Positions 8,179 through 18,011 of a DNA stretch of 60,104 bases are shown in pieces; the first letter of the stretch is position 1; each line of letters opens with the position of its first letter. Source of the stretch: Novosphingobium sp. (GTDB lineage Bacteria; Pseudomonadota; Alphaproteobacteria; Sphingomonadales; Sphingomonadaceae); the NCBI GenBank assembly GCA_046063275.1, contig JBJTLY010000355.1:1-60104 (forward strand). The letters run 5' to 3'. Position numbers and translations under genes: made by a program. Under the pieces are notes generated by a model, which saw only the letters and a program-made list of their open reading frames with translations, made no database searches and was not told the origin of the DNA.

Positions 8179-10764
8179 ATGAAGAAGTCAGTGCTGCGCA
8201 ATTGCGTCTCTGCCGCTGCGGTTGCCGCAGCTGGCCTGTTTACCGTTCCGGCCTTTGCGCAAAGCGCGCCTGCGCCTGCTGCCGCCGAAAACGCAACGGA
8301 AGCTGACGCGCTCGATGCGATCGTTGTCACTGCGTCGCTCGGTGACAAGTCGAAGATCAACAGTTCGGTTTCGGTCACCACCGTCGATGCCAAGATCATC
8401 AACGATTTTCATCCCAGTGCAGAAGCCGAAGTCTTCCGCCTGATCCCGGGCATCCAGGTTGCCGGTACGGCTGGCCCTGGCGGTAACTCGAACATCGCAG
8501 TCCGCGGTCTTCCGGTAGCAACCGGCGGTTCGCCGTTCGTGCAGATCCAGGAAGACGGCCTGCCCACCGTGCTGTTCGGCGATATCCAGTTCGGCAACAA
8601 CGATTACTGGACGCACTATGATGCAACGGTCGCCTCGGTGGAAAGCCTGCGCGGCGGCACGGCGGCAACGCATGCATCGCAGGCGCCGGGCGCGGTCATC
8701 AACTACATCAGCAAGACCGGCAAGACCGAGGGCGGCTATGTCGAGCTGCAGGAAGGCGTCAACTACCAGGAAAACAAGTTTAACCTGGTCTATGGCAGCC
8801 ACATCAATGATTCGACCTATTACAATATCGGCGGCTACTTCAAGTCGGGCCGCGGCCCGCTGCACGCCGGCTACAATGTCAGCGACAGTTTCCAGGTAAA
8901 GGGTAACCTCACCAAGGAATTCGACGGCGGCAACGGCTTCCTGCGACTGCTGTTCAAGGTGGCGGACACGCACGAACCGAACTATACCGGTTCGCCCGCG
9001 CTCGCCACGGTCAGCGGCGGCAAGATCAGCAATATCAAGCCTTATCCTGGCTTCGATGGCCGCACCCAGTCGAACTACTCGATCTATAACCAGACGTTCC
9101 AGATCGTGAACCGCGACGGTGTGCTCGAGCGGGTCAAGATGGATGGCATCTCGACCAAGGCCACTTCGATCGGGGCGCAGTTCCACTATGAATTCTCGCC
9201 CGTTGTCACGGTCGACAACAACGTCCGCTGGTCCACGATGAGCGGCAGCTTCGCCTCGCCGTTCCTCAACGTCTCGAAAACCAACAACACTGCGGTTGTG
9301 CCTGCCGGGTTTACTGCCTGCACCGCACCTTCGACCTACAGTGCAAACGGTGTGATCGGTTCGTGCGTCAACGGCCAGATCGTTACTGCGATCAAGTATG
9401 CCAGCGGCCCCAATGCCGGAAATGCCTATACTGGCAAGTACCTCGACAACAACGTCAACGTGCGCACCAACATCCGCGATCTTGGCAGTTTTACCGATGA
9501 TTTCGGGGTTTCAGCCAAGATCAATGTGGGCACCGATTCCAAATTGACTGCCCACGCCGGATGGTTCGTGATGAACCAGAAGATCGCGATGGACTGGCAC
9601 GTCAACAAGTCGCTGCGCGAATTGAGTGGCGCTAACCCGTCGCAGCTCGATATCTACGCTGGCGCAAACCAGTTGTCGGTGGCCGGCCAGTACGGTTTCA
9701 ACAACAACTGGGGCAATTGCTGCGCGCGCGATTATGAACTGTCCTACACCGACAATGCGCCCAACGTGTCGCTCGATCTCGATACCCCGCTGTTCGGCAT
9801 CGACGGCAGCGTCCGCTTTGACAGCGTCAAGGCATCGGGCTCGGGACGGGCAAGCTCCGGCACGACTTACAACACTGTGGTCGGCGGCGTTTCGATCCCG
9901 ACCTTCCTTGCCGATGACAAGGCCGAAGTGCTGAACTATACCCGCAGCTATACATCGTGGACGATCGGTGGCCTGATCCATGCCAACAGGGACACGACCG
10001 TGTTCGCCCGCGCTTCACGCGGCGGCCGGTTCAATTCAGATCGTCAAACCCTCGGCGGCAAGTTCACCAATGCGGGCCTGCTCTGCACCGGTGCTCAGGC
10101 TAAGGCAGCGTCGAACGGTTGCGGTGCGGACGGCGTCACGCCTTCGGTCGACTTTGTCACCCAGTATGAACTGGGTCTCAAGAACCGCGGTAATCTGGCT
10201 GGCGGTCACTACTCGGTGGAGCTGACCCTGCTCAATGGCAACTTCAAGCAGAGCACCTTCGAGCTGTCGGCAACCAAGTGCCCTGGAACGACCGGCGGCG
10301 GCTGCGTCATCGATGCCAAGTACAAGACCAGTGGCGCCGAGCTTTATGCAACCTATCGCAACGGCGGCTTCAGCTTCTATCTGAACGCCACCTACACCAA
10401 GGCCAAGCAGCTCGATTCGGGTGCAACAGCTTATCGCCGCGCTGACAACATCCCCGATCTGTCGTACACGGCAGGGGCCAACTACGATGTCGGAGACTTC
10501 GCATCGCTGGGCCTGAACCTGACCGGCGTCACCAGCGAACTGAATGGCGGAAATGTCTATCCTGGCGGAACCACCTTCGGTGCCAACGTCAAGATCATGC
10601 CGATCAAGAACCTCGAACTTGGCATGAACATTTACAACCTGTTCGACACCTTCGATCTGCGCGGTGCGGGCGGTGTTACCGATGCCGGCGTAACACCTGC
10701 CATCATCGGCGGCGCGCCGGTGCTGGGCCGCACGTTTACCGCTTCGGTCAAGTACAAGTTCTGA
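8179..10764 (+). CDS. TonB-dependent receptor (likely sucrose/fructo-oligosaccharide uptake)
   Basis: Signal peptide ending AFA-Q, TonB box DAIVVTA, plug motifs IAVRG / IQEDGLP / VESLRGG, C-terminal GRTFTASVKYKF. Confidence 0.93.
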   Translation: MKKSVLRNCVSAAAVAAAGLFTVPAFAQSAPAPAAAENATEADALDAIVVTASLGDKSKINSSVSVTTVDAKIINDFHPSAEAEVFRLIPGIQVAGTAGPGGNSNIAVRGLPVATGGSPFVQIQEDGLPTVLFGDIQFGNNDYWTHYDATVASVESLRGGTAATHASQAPGAVINYISKTGKTEGGYVELQEGVNYQENKFNLVYGSHINDSTYYNIGGYFKSGRGPLHAGYNVSDSFQVKGNLTKEFDGGNGFLRLLFKVADTHEPNYTGSPALATVSGGKISNIKPYPGFDGRTQSNYSIYNQTFQIVNRDGVLERVKMDGISTKATSIGAQFHYEFSPVVTVDNNVRWSTMSGSFASPFLNVSKTNNTAVVPAGFTACTAPSTYSANGVIGSCVNGQIVTAIKYASGPNAGNAYTGKYLDNNVNVRTNIRDLGSFTDDFGVSAKINVGTDSKLTAHAGWFVMNQKIAMDWHVNKSLRELSGANPSQLDIYAGANQLSVAGQYGFNNNWGNCCARDYELSYTDNAPNVSLDLDTPLFGIDGSVRFDSVKASGSGRASSGTTYNTVVGGVSIPTFLADDKAEVLNYTRSYTSWTIGGLIHANRDTTVFARASRGGRFNSDRQTLGGKFTNAGLLCTGAQAKAASNGCGADGVTPSVDFVTQYELGLKNRGNLAGGHYSVELTLLNGNFKQSTFELSATKCPGTTGGGCVIDAKYKTSGAELYATYRNGGFSFYLNATYTKAKQLDSGATAYRRADNIPDLSYTAGANYDVGDFASLGLNLTGVTSELNGGNVYPGGTTFGANVKIMPIKNLELGMNIYNLFDTFDLRGAGGVTDAGVTPAIIGGAPVLGRTFTASVKYKF

Positions 10765-10797
10765 TCGTCACACCGGATCTATCCGGGTCGCAAGCTG

Positions 10798-10827
10798 GGC
10801 GGGGCGGAAGGCAACTTCCGCCCCGCC
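10798..10827 (+). terminator. Strong hairpin after the TonB receptor (terminator/attenuator or mRNA stabiliser)
   Basis: 13-bp perfect stem GGCGGGGCGGAAG / CTTCCGCCCCGCC with a GCAA loop; only a weak U tail. Confidence 0.6.
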
Positions 10828-10877
10828 TTGGCTTGGGCTAGGGATGAACCGAATGATGCAGCGCGGAGAGGATGCAC

Positions 10878-12386
10878 GTGAACACCGGTGACCGTCAGAT
10901 CCGCAAGATCGTCATCGTCGGCGGTGGCTCGGCTGGCTGGATGACCGCAGCGGTGCTGTCCAACGCACTGCAACATGGCTGCGAGATCACGCTGATTGAG
11001 AGCGAGGAGATTGGCACTGTCGGGGTGGGCGAGGCCACGATCCCGACGATCCGGATGTTCAACCGCACGCTGGGCATTGACGAGAACGAGTTCGTCAAGG
11101 CTACGCAAGGCTCGTTCAAGCTGGGCATCCAGTTTGTCGATTGGGCGAAGCTAGGCCACCGCTATTTCCACCCGTTTGGCAGCTTTGGCCGACCTTACGA
11201 CATTTCAGATATCCACCAGCACTGGGTGGCCGCGCGTCAGGCCGGATGGTCCGGCTCGATGGATGACGTCTGCATGGCCTGGCAGGCGGCGGCGGCGGGC
11301 AAGTTCGACTATCCCGCGCAAGATCCGCGCAGCGTGCTCTCGACCTTCGATTACGCCTACCATTTCGATGCCGGGCTCTATGCCGCGTTCCTGCGTAAAT
11401 ATTCCGAAGCTCGCAAAGTGGTGCGGGTAGAAGGCAAGGTCGCTTCGGTCGAACAAAATGGCGAGACCGGCTTTGTCGAAAGCGTCACGCTTGAAAATGG
11501 CCAGACCTACGATGCCGACCTGTTCATCGATTGCTCGGGCTTTCGCGGGCTGCTGATCGAAGGTGCGCTCAAGACCGGGTATGAGGAATGGACGCACTGG
11601 CTGCCCTGCGACCGGGCGATGGCGGTGCCCTGCGCTTCGACCCCCGATTTCACGCCTTACACCCGCTCGACGGCGCGCGAGGCCGGGTGGCAATGGCGCA
11701 TCCCGCTGCAGCACCGCACCGGCAATGGTTATGTCTATTCCTCGCAGCAGATCGAGGATCAGGCGGCGGCGGAATTCCTGCTCGCCAATCTCGATGGCGA
11801 GGCGCTCGGCGATCCGCGCCCACTGCGCTTCGTCACCGGGCGGCGCAAACAGAGCTGGAACAAGAACGTCATCGCGGTCGGGCTGTCGAGCGGGTTCATG
11901 GAACCGCTCGAATCGACCAGCCTGCACTTGATCCAGGCCAATATCGCCAAGATCCTGGCCTTCTTCCCGAACCGCGACTTCGATCCGCTGGTGACCGAGG
12001 AATTCAACCAGGTCGCCGCGAACGAAACCGAGCGAATCCGCGATTTCCTGATCCTCCACTACAAACTCACCCAGCGCGACGACAGTCCGCTGTGGCGGTA
12101 TTGCGCGGCGATGGAGATCCCTGACAGCCTCCAGTTCAAGATCGACCATTTCCGCCGCTTCGGCCGCCTGATCGCCAAGACTTCCGACCTGTTCGGTCCG
12201 GCTTCGTGGACCGCGGTGCATATCGGCCAGTTCAACATCCCCGAGGCGACCGATCCTGTGCTGTCCTATCGCACGGCAGACAGCGCGGCCTGGCTGGGCA
12301 AGCTCCACGCCGCGATGACGGCGGAGGCGGGCCGGATGCCGAGCCACCAGCAATTCATCGATGCGCACTGCAAGGCCGGTGGCTGA
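10878..12386 (+). CDS. Tryptophan halogenase family flavoprotein
   Basis: [11 protein letters not shown] (FAD), [15 protein letters not shown] (catalytic Lys position), WQWRIPL (WxWxIP), [10 protein letters not shown]. Confidence 0.9.
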   Translation: MNTGDRQIRKIVIVGGGSAGWMTAAVLSNALQHGCEITLIESEEIGTVGVGEATIPTIRMFNRTLGIDENEFVKATQGSFKLGIQFVDWAKLGHRYFHPFGSFGRPYDISDIHQHWVAARQAGWSGSMDDVCMAWQAAAAGKFDYPAQDPRSVLSTFDYAYHFDAGLYAAFLRKYSEARKVVRVEGKVASVEQNGETGFVESVTLENGQTYDADLFIDCSGFRGLLIEGALKTGYEEWTHWLPCDRAMAVPCASTPDFTPYTRSTAREAGWQWRIPLQHRTGNGYVYSSQQIEDQAAAEFLLANLDGEALGDPRPLRFVTGRRKQSWNKNVIAVGLSSGFMEPLESTSLHLIQANIAKILAFFPNRDFDPLVTEEFNQVAANETERIRDFLILHYKLTQRDDSPLWRYCAAMEIPDSLQFKIDHFRRFGRLIAKTSDLFGPASWTAVHIGQFNIPEATDPVLSYRTADSAAWLGKLHAAMTAEAGRMPSHQQFIDAHCKAGG

Positions 12387-13755
12387 CACCGAGGCAGACC
12401 TGCGCAGCCGCGCGCTCGCGCTGCGCCAACAGCAACGCTACATGGAAGCCGACGCGCTGCTCAGCGGCGGGATCGCTCGGTTTCCCGCTGATGCCGCACT
12501 CGCATTCCTGCAGGCGCAGACCCGCTACGAACTGGGCGATCCGGCGGCGGATCTGTTCGAGCACGCGCTGCGGCTCGATCCGGCCAACTTGCATATTGCG
12601 CGAAACCTTGCCCTCGCGCTCATATCCGAAGGCAGCACTAACGAAGCGCGCCAGTTCCTGACCGGCACCCTTGCCGCGCATCCTGGCTGGCTTGACGGGC
12701 ACAAGGCGCTTTCGACACTTGAGTGGACCAGCGGCAACCAGGCCGGGTTCGCCAATTCGCTCGCTGAGGCTTGCCGCAAACAGCCTGGCAATGCCGCCTT
12801 GTGGCTCGCCTGGTTCGGCAACCTGGCCCAGGCGCGCGATTGGCCGGGGGCGCGGGAAGTGCTCGATCAGGCAGCTCGCCACCTTGGTGAGACCCCGGCA
12901 ATCCTTGTCTCGCGTCTGTTCGTCGCGGTGGAAAGCGGCGCGGCTGATGCTGACGCGCTGATCACGGCGACCGCGCAGTTCCGCGGCGACGTCTCCAGCC
13001 TGTGCCGCATCCGCCACGCACTGCGCCGCGGCGATCCAAAGCGCGCCGAGGCTGAAGCTCTGCCGCTGACTGGCGGGCCCTCGGCCATGCTGTACTGGCC
13101 GTACCTGTCGCTCGCCTCGCGGCTGCTGGGCGACGCGCGCGCCGAATGGCTCGACCGGCCCGAACAGACTATCCGCAGTTTCGATTGCGTCTGGAGTGCA
13201 ACCGAACTGGGCGAACTTGCCGAGGTGCTGCGCGGCCTGCACACCGCCGCCGCCCCATATATCGAACAATCGGTGCGCGGCGGAACCCAGACCGATCGTT
13301 CGGTGCTGCTGCGGCGCGAGCCGGTCTTGCAAAAGGCCAAGGTGCGGCTGTTTGATATTATCCGTGATTACATCGATGCATTGCCGCCGCCCGATCCCGC
13401 GCACCCACTGCTCGGCGCGCCGCGCGGAGGGCCGCTGCTGATCGAGGGCAGCTGGTCAGTGCGGCTGGCGCGGCAGGGTTACAATGTGCCGCACACCCAC
13501 GCGATGGGTTGGCTTTCGACCGCGTTCTACGTTTCGCTCCCGGCAGCGGATGAGATGGGGCCGCCGCCTGCCGGGCACATCGCTTTCGGCCAGCCACCGG
13601 CGGAGCTGGGCCTGCCGCTTGAACCCTATCGGACGGTCGCACCGGAGCCGGGCCGGCTGGTCGTATTCCCCTCGACCATGTGGCACGCCACGGTGCCGTT
13701 CGAGGCGGGCGAACGGCTGGTCATCGCCTTCGACATCCGCCGACCTGCGGCCTAG
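12379..13755 (+). CDS. TPR-containing putative 2OG-Fe(II) oxygenase
   Basis: N-terminal TPR-like helices; C-terminal [14 protein letters not shown]...[21 protein letters not shown]...RLVIAFD. Confidence 0.8.
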   Translation: MADTEADLRSRALALRQQQRYMEADALLSGGIARFPADAALAFLQAQTRYELGDPAADLFEHALRLDPANLHIARNLALALISEGSTNEARQFLTGTLAAHPGWLDGHKALSTLEWTSGNQAGFANSLAEACRKQPGNAALWLAWFGNLAQARDWPGAREVLDQAARHLGETPAILVSRLFVAVESGAADADALITATAQFRGDVSSLCRIRHALRRGDPKRAEAEALPLTGGPSAMLYWPYLSLASRLLGDARAEWLDRPEQTIRSFDCVWSATELGELAEVLRGLHTAAAPYIEQSVRGGTQTDRSVLLRREPVLQKAKVRLFDIIRDYIDALPPPDPAHPLLGAPRGGPLLIEGSWSVRLARQGYNVPHTHAMGWLSTAFYVSLPAADEMGPPPAGHIAFGQPPAELGLPLEPYRTVAPEPGRLVVFPSTMWHATVPFEAGERLVIAFDIRRPAA

Positions 13756-14648
13756 CCGAGCGCGCGTTTGCCCAGAGCGACCGCGCCGGTAATCCCGGCT
13801 TCGTCCCCCAAGCCCGGAGTGACAATGTAGGTCTTTAGCCCAGGATCGAGCTGCGGCGCTTTCACGTAACCGGCAATCCGCTTCTCGGTTGCGCTGCGCA
13901 GAGCCTCGACCAGCCCCGGGGTCTTCATCACCCCGCCGCCGAAGATCAGCCGGTCGGGCATGTGCAGCAGCACCAGATTGGCAGCGAGCTGAGCAATGTA
14001 GTCCGCGATCAGCGCGACCTTGTCCGCAGGGCTGCCAAGGTCGGACAGGCTCTGCCCCCAGCGCGCCTTGATCGAAGGACCTGCTGCCATGCCTTCCAGA
14101 CAATCGCCGTGGTAAGGGCAGTAACCGGGATAAGGATCGGCGGCATGGTCATGCGCCACGCCGATGTGGCCCGCTTCATAGTGCGAGAAGCCCATCAACG
14201 ACTGGCCATCTCGCAGCACCCCGGTGCCAACGCCGGTGCCGATCGTGGTATAGGCGAGCGTCTTGCAGCCCTGGCCGGCGCCCTGCTGCCATTCGCCCAG
14301 CGCCGCGCCGTTGACGTCGGTATCGACCACGATCGGCGCGCCGAATTCACCCAGTGCATCCTGAAACCGCGCGCCCGGCCAGCCGGGCTTGGGGGTGGTG
14401 GTAAAGGTGCCGTAGTTGGGCGAGACGGGGTCGATATCGATCGGCCCGAAGCTCGCCACGCCGAACGCGCCGATCTTGCCATGCTCCTTGGCGGCATCAC
14501 GGAAGAACTGCGCCAAAGCAGGGAAGCACGTCGCAGGCGTTTCGGTAGGAATGCGGGTTTCGGCCAGCACGGTGCCATCCTCGCGCGCCACCGCAGCGAC
14601 GAACTTGGTCCCGCCCGCTTCGATTGCCCCGATCAACCTCTCCGCCAT
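13752..14648 (-). CDS. ROK family sugar kinase, probable fructokinase
   Basis: IEAGGTKF, SFGPID, TPKPGW, DTDVNGAA, YTTIGTGVG, EAGH, CPYHGDCLEG. Confidence 0.88.
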   Translation of the reverse strand: MAERLIGAIEAGGTKFVAAVAREDGTVLAETRIPTETPATCFPALAQFFRDAAKEHGKIGAFGVASFGPIDIDPVSPNYGTFTTTPKPGWPGARFQDALGEFGAPIVVDTDVNGAALGEWQQGAGQGCKTLAYTTIGTGVGTGVLRDGQSLMGFSHYEAGHIGVAHDHAADPYPGYCPYHGDCLEGMAAGPSIKARWGQSLSDLGSPADKVALIADYIAQLAANLVLLHMPDRLIFGGGVMKTPGLVEALRSATEKRIAGYVKAPQLDPGLKTYIVTPGLGDEAGITGAVALGKRALG

Positions 14649-15844
14649 CAAATCACTCCCCGTGCGGCCATGTCGGCCAATGTTTCCTGATCGAACCCGA
14701 GCGCGCCGTAAACTTCTGCATTGTCGGCGCCCACAGTCTGCGGGGCCGGGCGGCGGATCGCGCTGGGGTTTGCCGAAAGCCTGGGCATCGGTGCCTGCAT
14801 GGTAACTTCACCAAACTCGGGATGCGGGACCCTCACCAGCGCATCGCGAGCGGCGAAATGCGGATCGCTGAGCATCTCGCGCCCGGTATAGACCCGGCCT
14901 GCGGGGACCGAATGTGCGATCATCAAGGCTTCGAGTTCTTCGACTGTGTGCTGCGCGGTCCATTCGCCGATCAGCGCATCAAGTTCACCCTGTCGTTCCC
15001 CGCGCGCGATATGGGTCGCAAAGCGCGGGTCGGCGGCCAGTTCGGTGCGGCCCATCGCCTCGCACAGCCGCGCGAAGACAGTGTCGCCGTTGCCGCCGAT
15101 CATGTATTCGCCGTCCTTCGCCTGATAGACGTTGCTCGGCGCGATGCCCGGCAGGATCGAACCCGAACGTTGCCGCACCAGCCCCATTGCGGCATATTCG
15201 GGCACCACCGATTCCATCACCTGCAGCACCGCCTCGTACAGTGCGGAATCGACCACCTGGCCTTTGTCGCTGGCCTCGCGCGCGTGGAGCGCCGCGAGCG
15301 CGCCCATACAACCGTAGGTTGCGGCTAGGGTATCGCCGATCGAAACTCCCATCCGCGATGGCGGCCGGTCAGGATCGCCGACAATCGCACGCCAGCCGCC
15401 CATCGCCTCGCCGATACCGCCATAGCCAGCGCGGTCCGAATAAGGCCCGGTCTGGCCGTAGCCCGACATGCGGATGATGATCAGGCGCGGGAACTGCGCG
15501 TGCAGATCGGCAGGACCAAGGCCCCACTTCTCCATGGTCCCGGGCTTGAAGTTTTCGATCAGGATGTCCGCACCTTCGAGCAAGCGGCGCAGCAAGGCCT
15601 GACCTTCGGGGACGCGCAAGTTGGCACTGACCCCGCGCTTGTTGCGCGCGATCACCTGCCACCACAGCTTGTGTTCCCCATTGCCCCAGGTCCGCATCGG
15701 ATCGCCGCTGCCGGGCGGCTCTACCTTGATCACATCGGCGCCCATATCGCCGAGCAACTGGCCGCAGAACGGCCCGGCGATCAGCTGGCCCAATTCGATC
15801 ACCTTGATCCCGGCCAGCGCGCCGGTGTTGTCAGGGTCTGTCAT
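14648..15844 (-). CDS. CaiB/BaiF family III CoA-transferase
   Basis: LAGIKVIELG, IAGPFC, GADVIKVEPP, DILIENFKPG, SGYGQTGPY. Confidence 0.92.
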   Translation of the reverse strand: MTDPDNTGALAGIKVIELGQLIAGPFCGQLLGDMGADVIKVEPPGSGDPMRTWGNGEHKLWWQVIARNKRGVSANLRVPEGQALLRRLLEGADILIENFKPGTMEKWGLGPADLHAQFPRLIIIRMSGYGQTGPYSDRAGYGGIGEAMGGWRAIVGDPDRPPSRMGVSIGDTLAATYGCMGALAALHAREASDKGQVVDSALYEAVLQVMESVVPEYAAMGLVRQRSGSILPGIAPSNVYQAKDGEYMIGGNGDTVFARLCEAMGRTELAADPRFATHIARGERQGELDALIGEWTAQHTVEELEALMIAHSVPAGRVYTGREMLSDPHFAARDALVRVPHPEFGEVTMQAPMPRLSANPSAIRRPAPQTVGADNAEVYGALGFDQETLADMAARGVI

Positions 15845-16749
15845 GCCAGCCCCTGTGGCGGGAAGGGGGTGGCCCTGGCAAGACTGCTCGGCAGCGCTTT
15901 GCCCATGATCTCGGCAAGCCAATGCGAAGCTTCAAGCAGCCTGTCCGGATCAAGCCCGGTCGCTATTCCTGAACGGGCGAACAGGTATGCCACATCTTCG
16001 GTCGCGACATTGCCCAAGGCACCCGGTGCGAACGGGCAACCACCCAGCCCGCCAAGCGAGGCATCGACCGTCACCGCGCCTGCCTCGACCGCAGCCCAGA
16101 CATTGGCAACGGCAGTATTGCGGGTATCGTGGAAATGGACCCGCACCGGCAGCGGCGCGATGGCTTCGCGGACTGCCGTGACAAGCGCCGTAACCTGCGC
16201 CGGGACCGCAACCCCGATCGTGTCAGCCAGCGCGACTTCGCAGGGTCCGGCCTCGGCGAGTTCGCGCGCCATGGCGACGACATGCGCCGGGTCGATCTCG
16301 CCTTCGAACGGACAGCCGAACGCCGTCGCGATGGTCACTTGCGCCGAACGCCCGCCAGCTTTGGCCATGGCGATGATCGCCTTGGCCTCGGTGACCGACT
16401 GGGCCGAATTCTGTCCCTGGTTGCGTACCCCGAAGCCATCCGACGCAACCGCGACCGCGCCGAGCTGGTCTACCTTCGCTGCCAGCGCGCGCTCGGCCCC
16501 GCGCAAGTTCAGCACCAGCCCGATCCGCGTCACGCCCGGGAACGGACCGAGCATTTCCACCACCGCCTCGGCATCGGCCATCTGCGGCACTTTGCGCGGG
16601 TTGACGAAACTGGCGACCTCGATCCGCGTCACGCCCGCGGCAATACATTTGCGGATCAGTTCGACCTTGTCCGCAGTCAAGACCAGCTTGGCCTCGTTCT
16701 GCAGCCCGTCGCGCGGGCCGACCTCGACCATTTCGATAGCGCGCTGCAT
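15841..16749 (-). CDS. Hydroxymethylglutaryl-CoA lyase family protein
   Basis: EVGPRDGLQNE, LADTIG, HFHDT, GGLGGCPFAPGA.GNVATED. Confidence 0.92.
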   Translation of the reverse strand: MQRAIEMVEVGPRDGLQNEAKLVLTADKVELIRKCIAAGVTRIEVASFVNPRKVPQMADAEAVVEMLGPFPGVTRIGLVLNLRGAERALAAKVDQLGAVAVASDGFGVRNQGQNSAQSVTEAKAIIAMAKAGGRSAQVTIATAFGCPFEGEIDPAHVVAMARELAEAGPCEVALADTIGVAVPAQVTALVTAVREAIAPLPVRVHFHDTRNTAVANVWAAVEAGAVTVDASLGGLGGCPFAPGALGNVATEDVAYLFARSGIATGLDPDRLLEASHWLAEIMGKALPSSLARATPFPPQGLA

Positions 16750-16753
16750 CGCT

Positions 16754-17905
16754 TTAGCCCTGCCGCGCGATCCAGTGGCGCACCAGCGTGGCGGCTTCGT
16801 TCACCTGCTGGGCTTGCCCGAAGTAATAGTGGTTCGCGCCCTGGATGACGTGGTGGTCGATGCTGCACTTCTCCGCCGCCGCCATCAGCCGCGCGGCGTG
16901 GCTTGGGGTGCAGGCATCGTCGGCGCTGTTCTCGATCACCAGCATCGGGCTGGCAATTCGCGCAGCGCATTTCAGGCCATCGCCATTCGAAAGATCGTAG
17001 GACCATTGCGACAACCATGAGCGCAACGTGGTGAAGCGCGCGAGGCCGACAGGACCATCATTCACCACAAACGGATCGCCCAGCATGCAGTGGTTCGGCT
17101 GCCGGTCGTTGGGATCGACCAAGGGATCGAGCCAGCGCGGGTCGGCCATTGTGCCCTGCACGGTGAAGCAGCGTTCGTGATGATCCAGCCCCTGCGCCTT
17201 CAAGGCCGCCAATTCCTCTTGGGCCCAAGCCGTGATCCGCCGGTTACGCGCGATCTGCCGCGCGCGGTATTCGGCCACAAAGTCGGCCGAGTAGGGCGGT
17301 TTGGGCCCGTCCGCCGCATAGAGGTTCCACTTTGGGTTGCGCTCGAACGGACGGCTTTCATCCTCGATCGAGGCGTCCATCCACTCGGTCAGGGTCAGAT
17401 TGCGTGAGAGGTGCGCGGCGAGCAGCAGTACGCCATCTGCGGGGATGAAGTCCGCCGCTGTGAGGTCATAGGGATCGCCCGCCGGAGTATGCGTCACCTG
17501 CGGGTCCTGCGCCTCGGCCTGATAAAACAGGCTCTGCGCGCCGCCGCCCGACCAGCCGCCAAGGTAGACCTTCTTGTAGTCCAGCTTCTCCTTGGCGTGG
17601 CGGATGCATGCGCCGAAATCCATCACCGCGCGCTCCATGATCAGCGCGGTGTCGTTGCCGCGATAGCGCGTGTTGCAGTAGATCGTGTGCACGCCCATCT
17701 TGGCGAGCACGGTCACCAGCGGCAACCACGCGCCGCCGCCGATCGGGTGCGAGAAGATCACCACGCTGTCCGATGGCGTGGCGGGCTTGAGGTGCATCGC
17801 CTCGACCACGACCTTGCCAATCTGGCCCGCGTAAGTGTCCTTGAACGCGCTCTCCTCGTCATAGACGATGAGGTAAGGGATGCGCTCGAAGGGAATCTGG
17901 GTCAT
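16754..17905 (-). CDS. Alpha/beta hydrolase
   Basis: Nucleophile elbow GWSGGG, acid region ADD, His in GANHYY. Confidence 0.8.
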   Translation of the reverse strand: MTQIPFERIPYLIVYDEESAFKDTYAGQIGKVVVEAMHLKPATPSDSVVIFSHPIGGGAWLPLVTVLAKMGVHTIYCNTRYRGNDTALIMERAVMDFGACIRHAKEKLDYKKVYLGGWSGGGAQSLFYQAEAQDPQVTHTPAGDPYDLTAADFIPADGVLLLAAHLSRNLTLTEWMDASIEDESRPFERNPKWNLYAADGPKPPYSADFVAEYRARQIARNRRITAWAQEELAALKAQGLDHHERCFTVQGTMADPRWLDPLVDPNDRQPNHCMLGDPFVVNDGPVGLARFTTLRSWLSQWSYDLSNGDGLKCAARIASPMLVIENSADDACTPSHAARLMAAAEKCSIDHHVIQGANHYYFGQAQQVNEAATLVRHWIARQG

Positions 17906-18011
17906 GGCGCCAGCTATGCACGTCCGGCGGGGAATTTGAAGCTTGCCGTGCAACCTTTGGTCTGAAACCATGCTAGCAGGCGCAATACATATCCGCCCGA
18001 GGAGATCGTCC

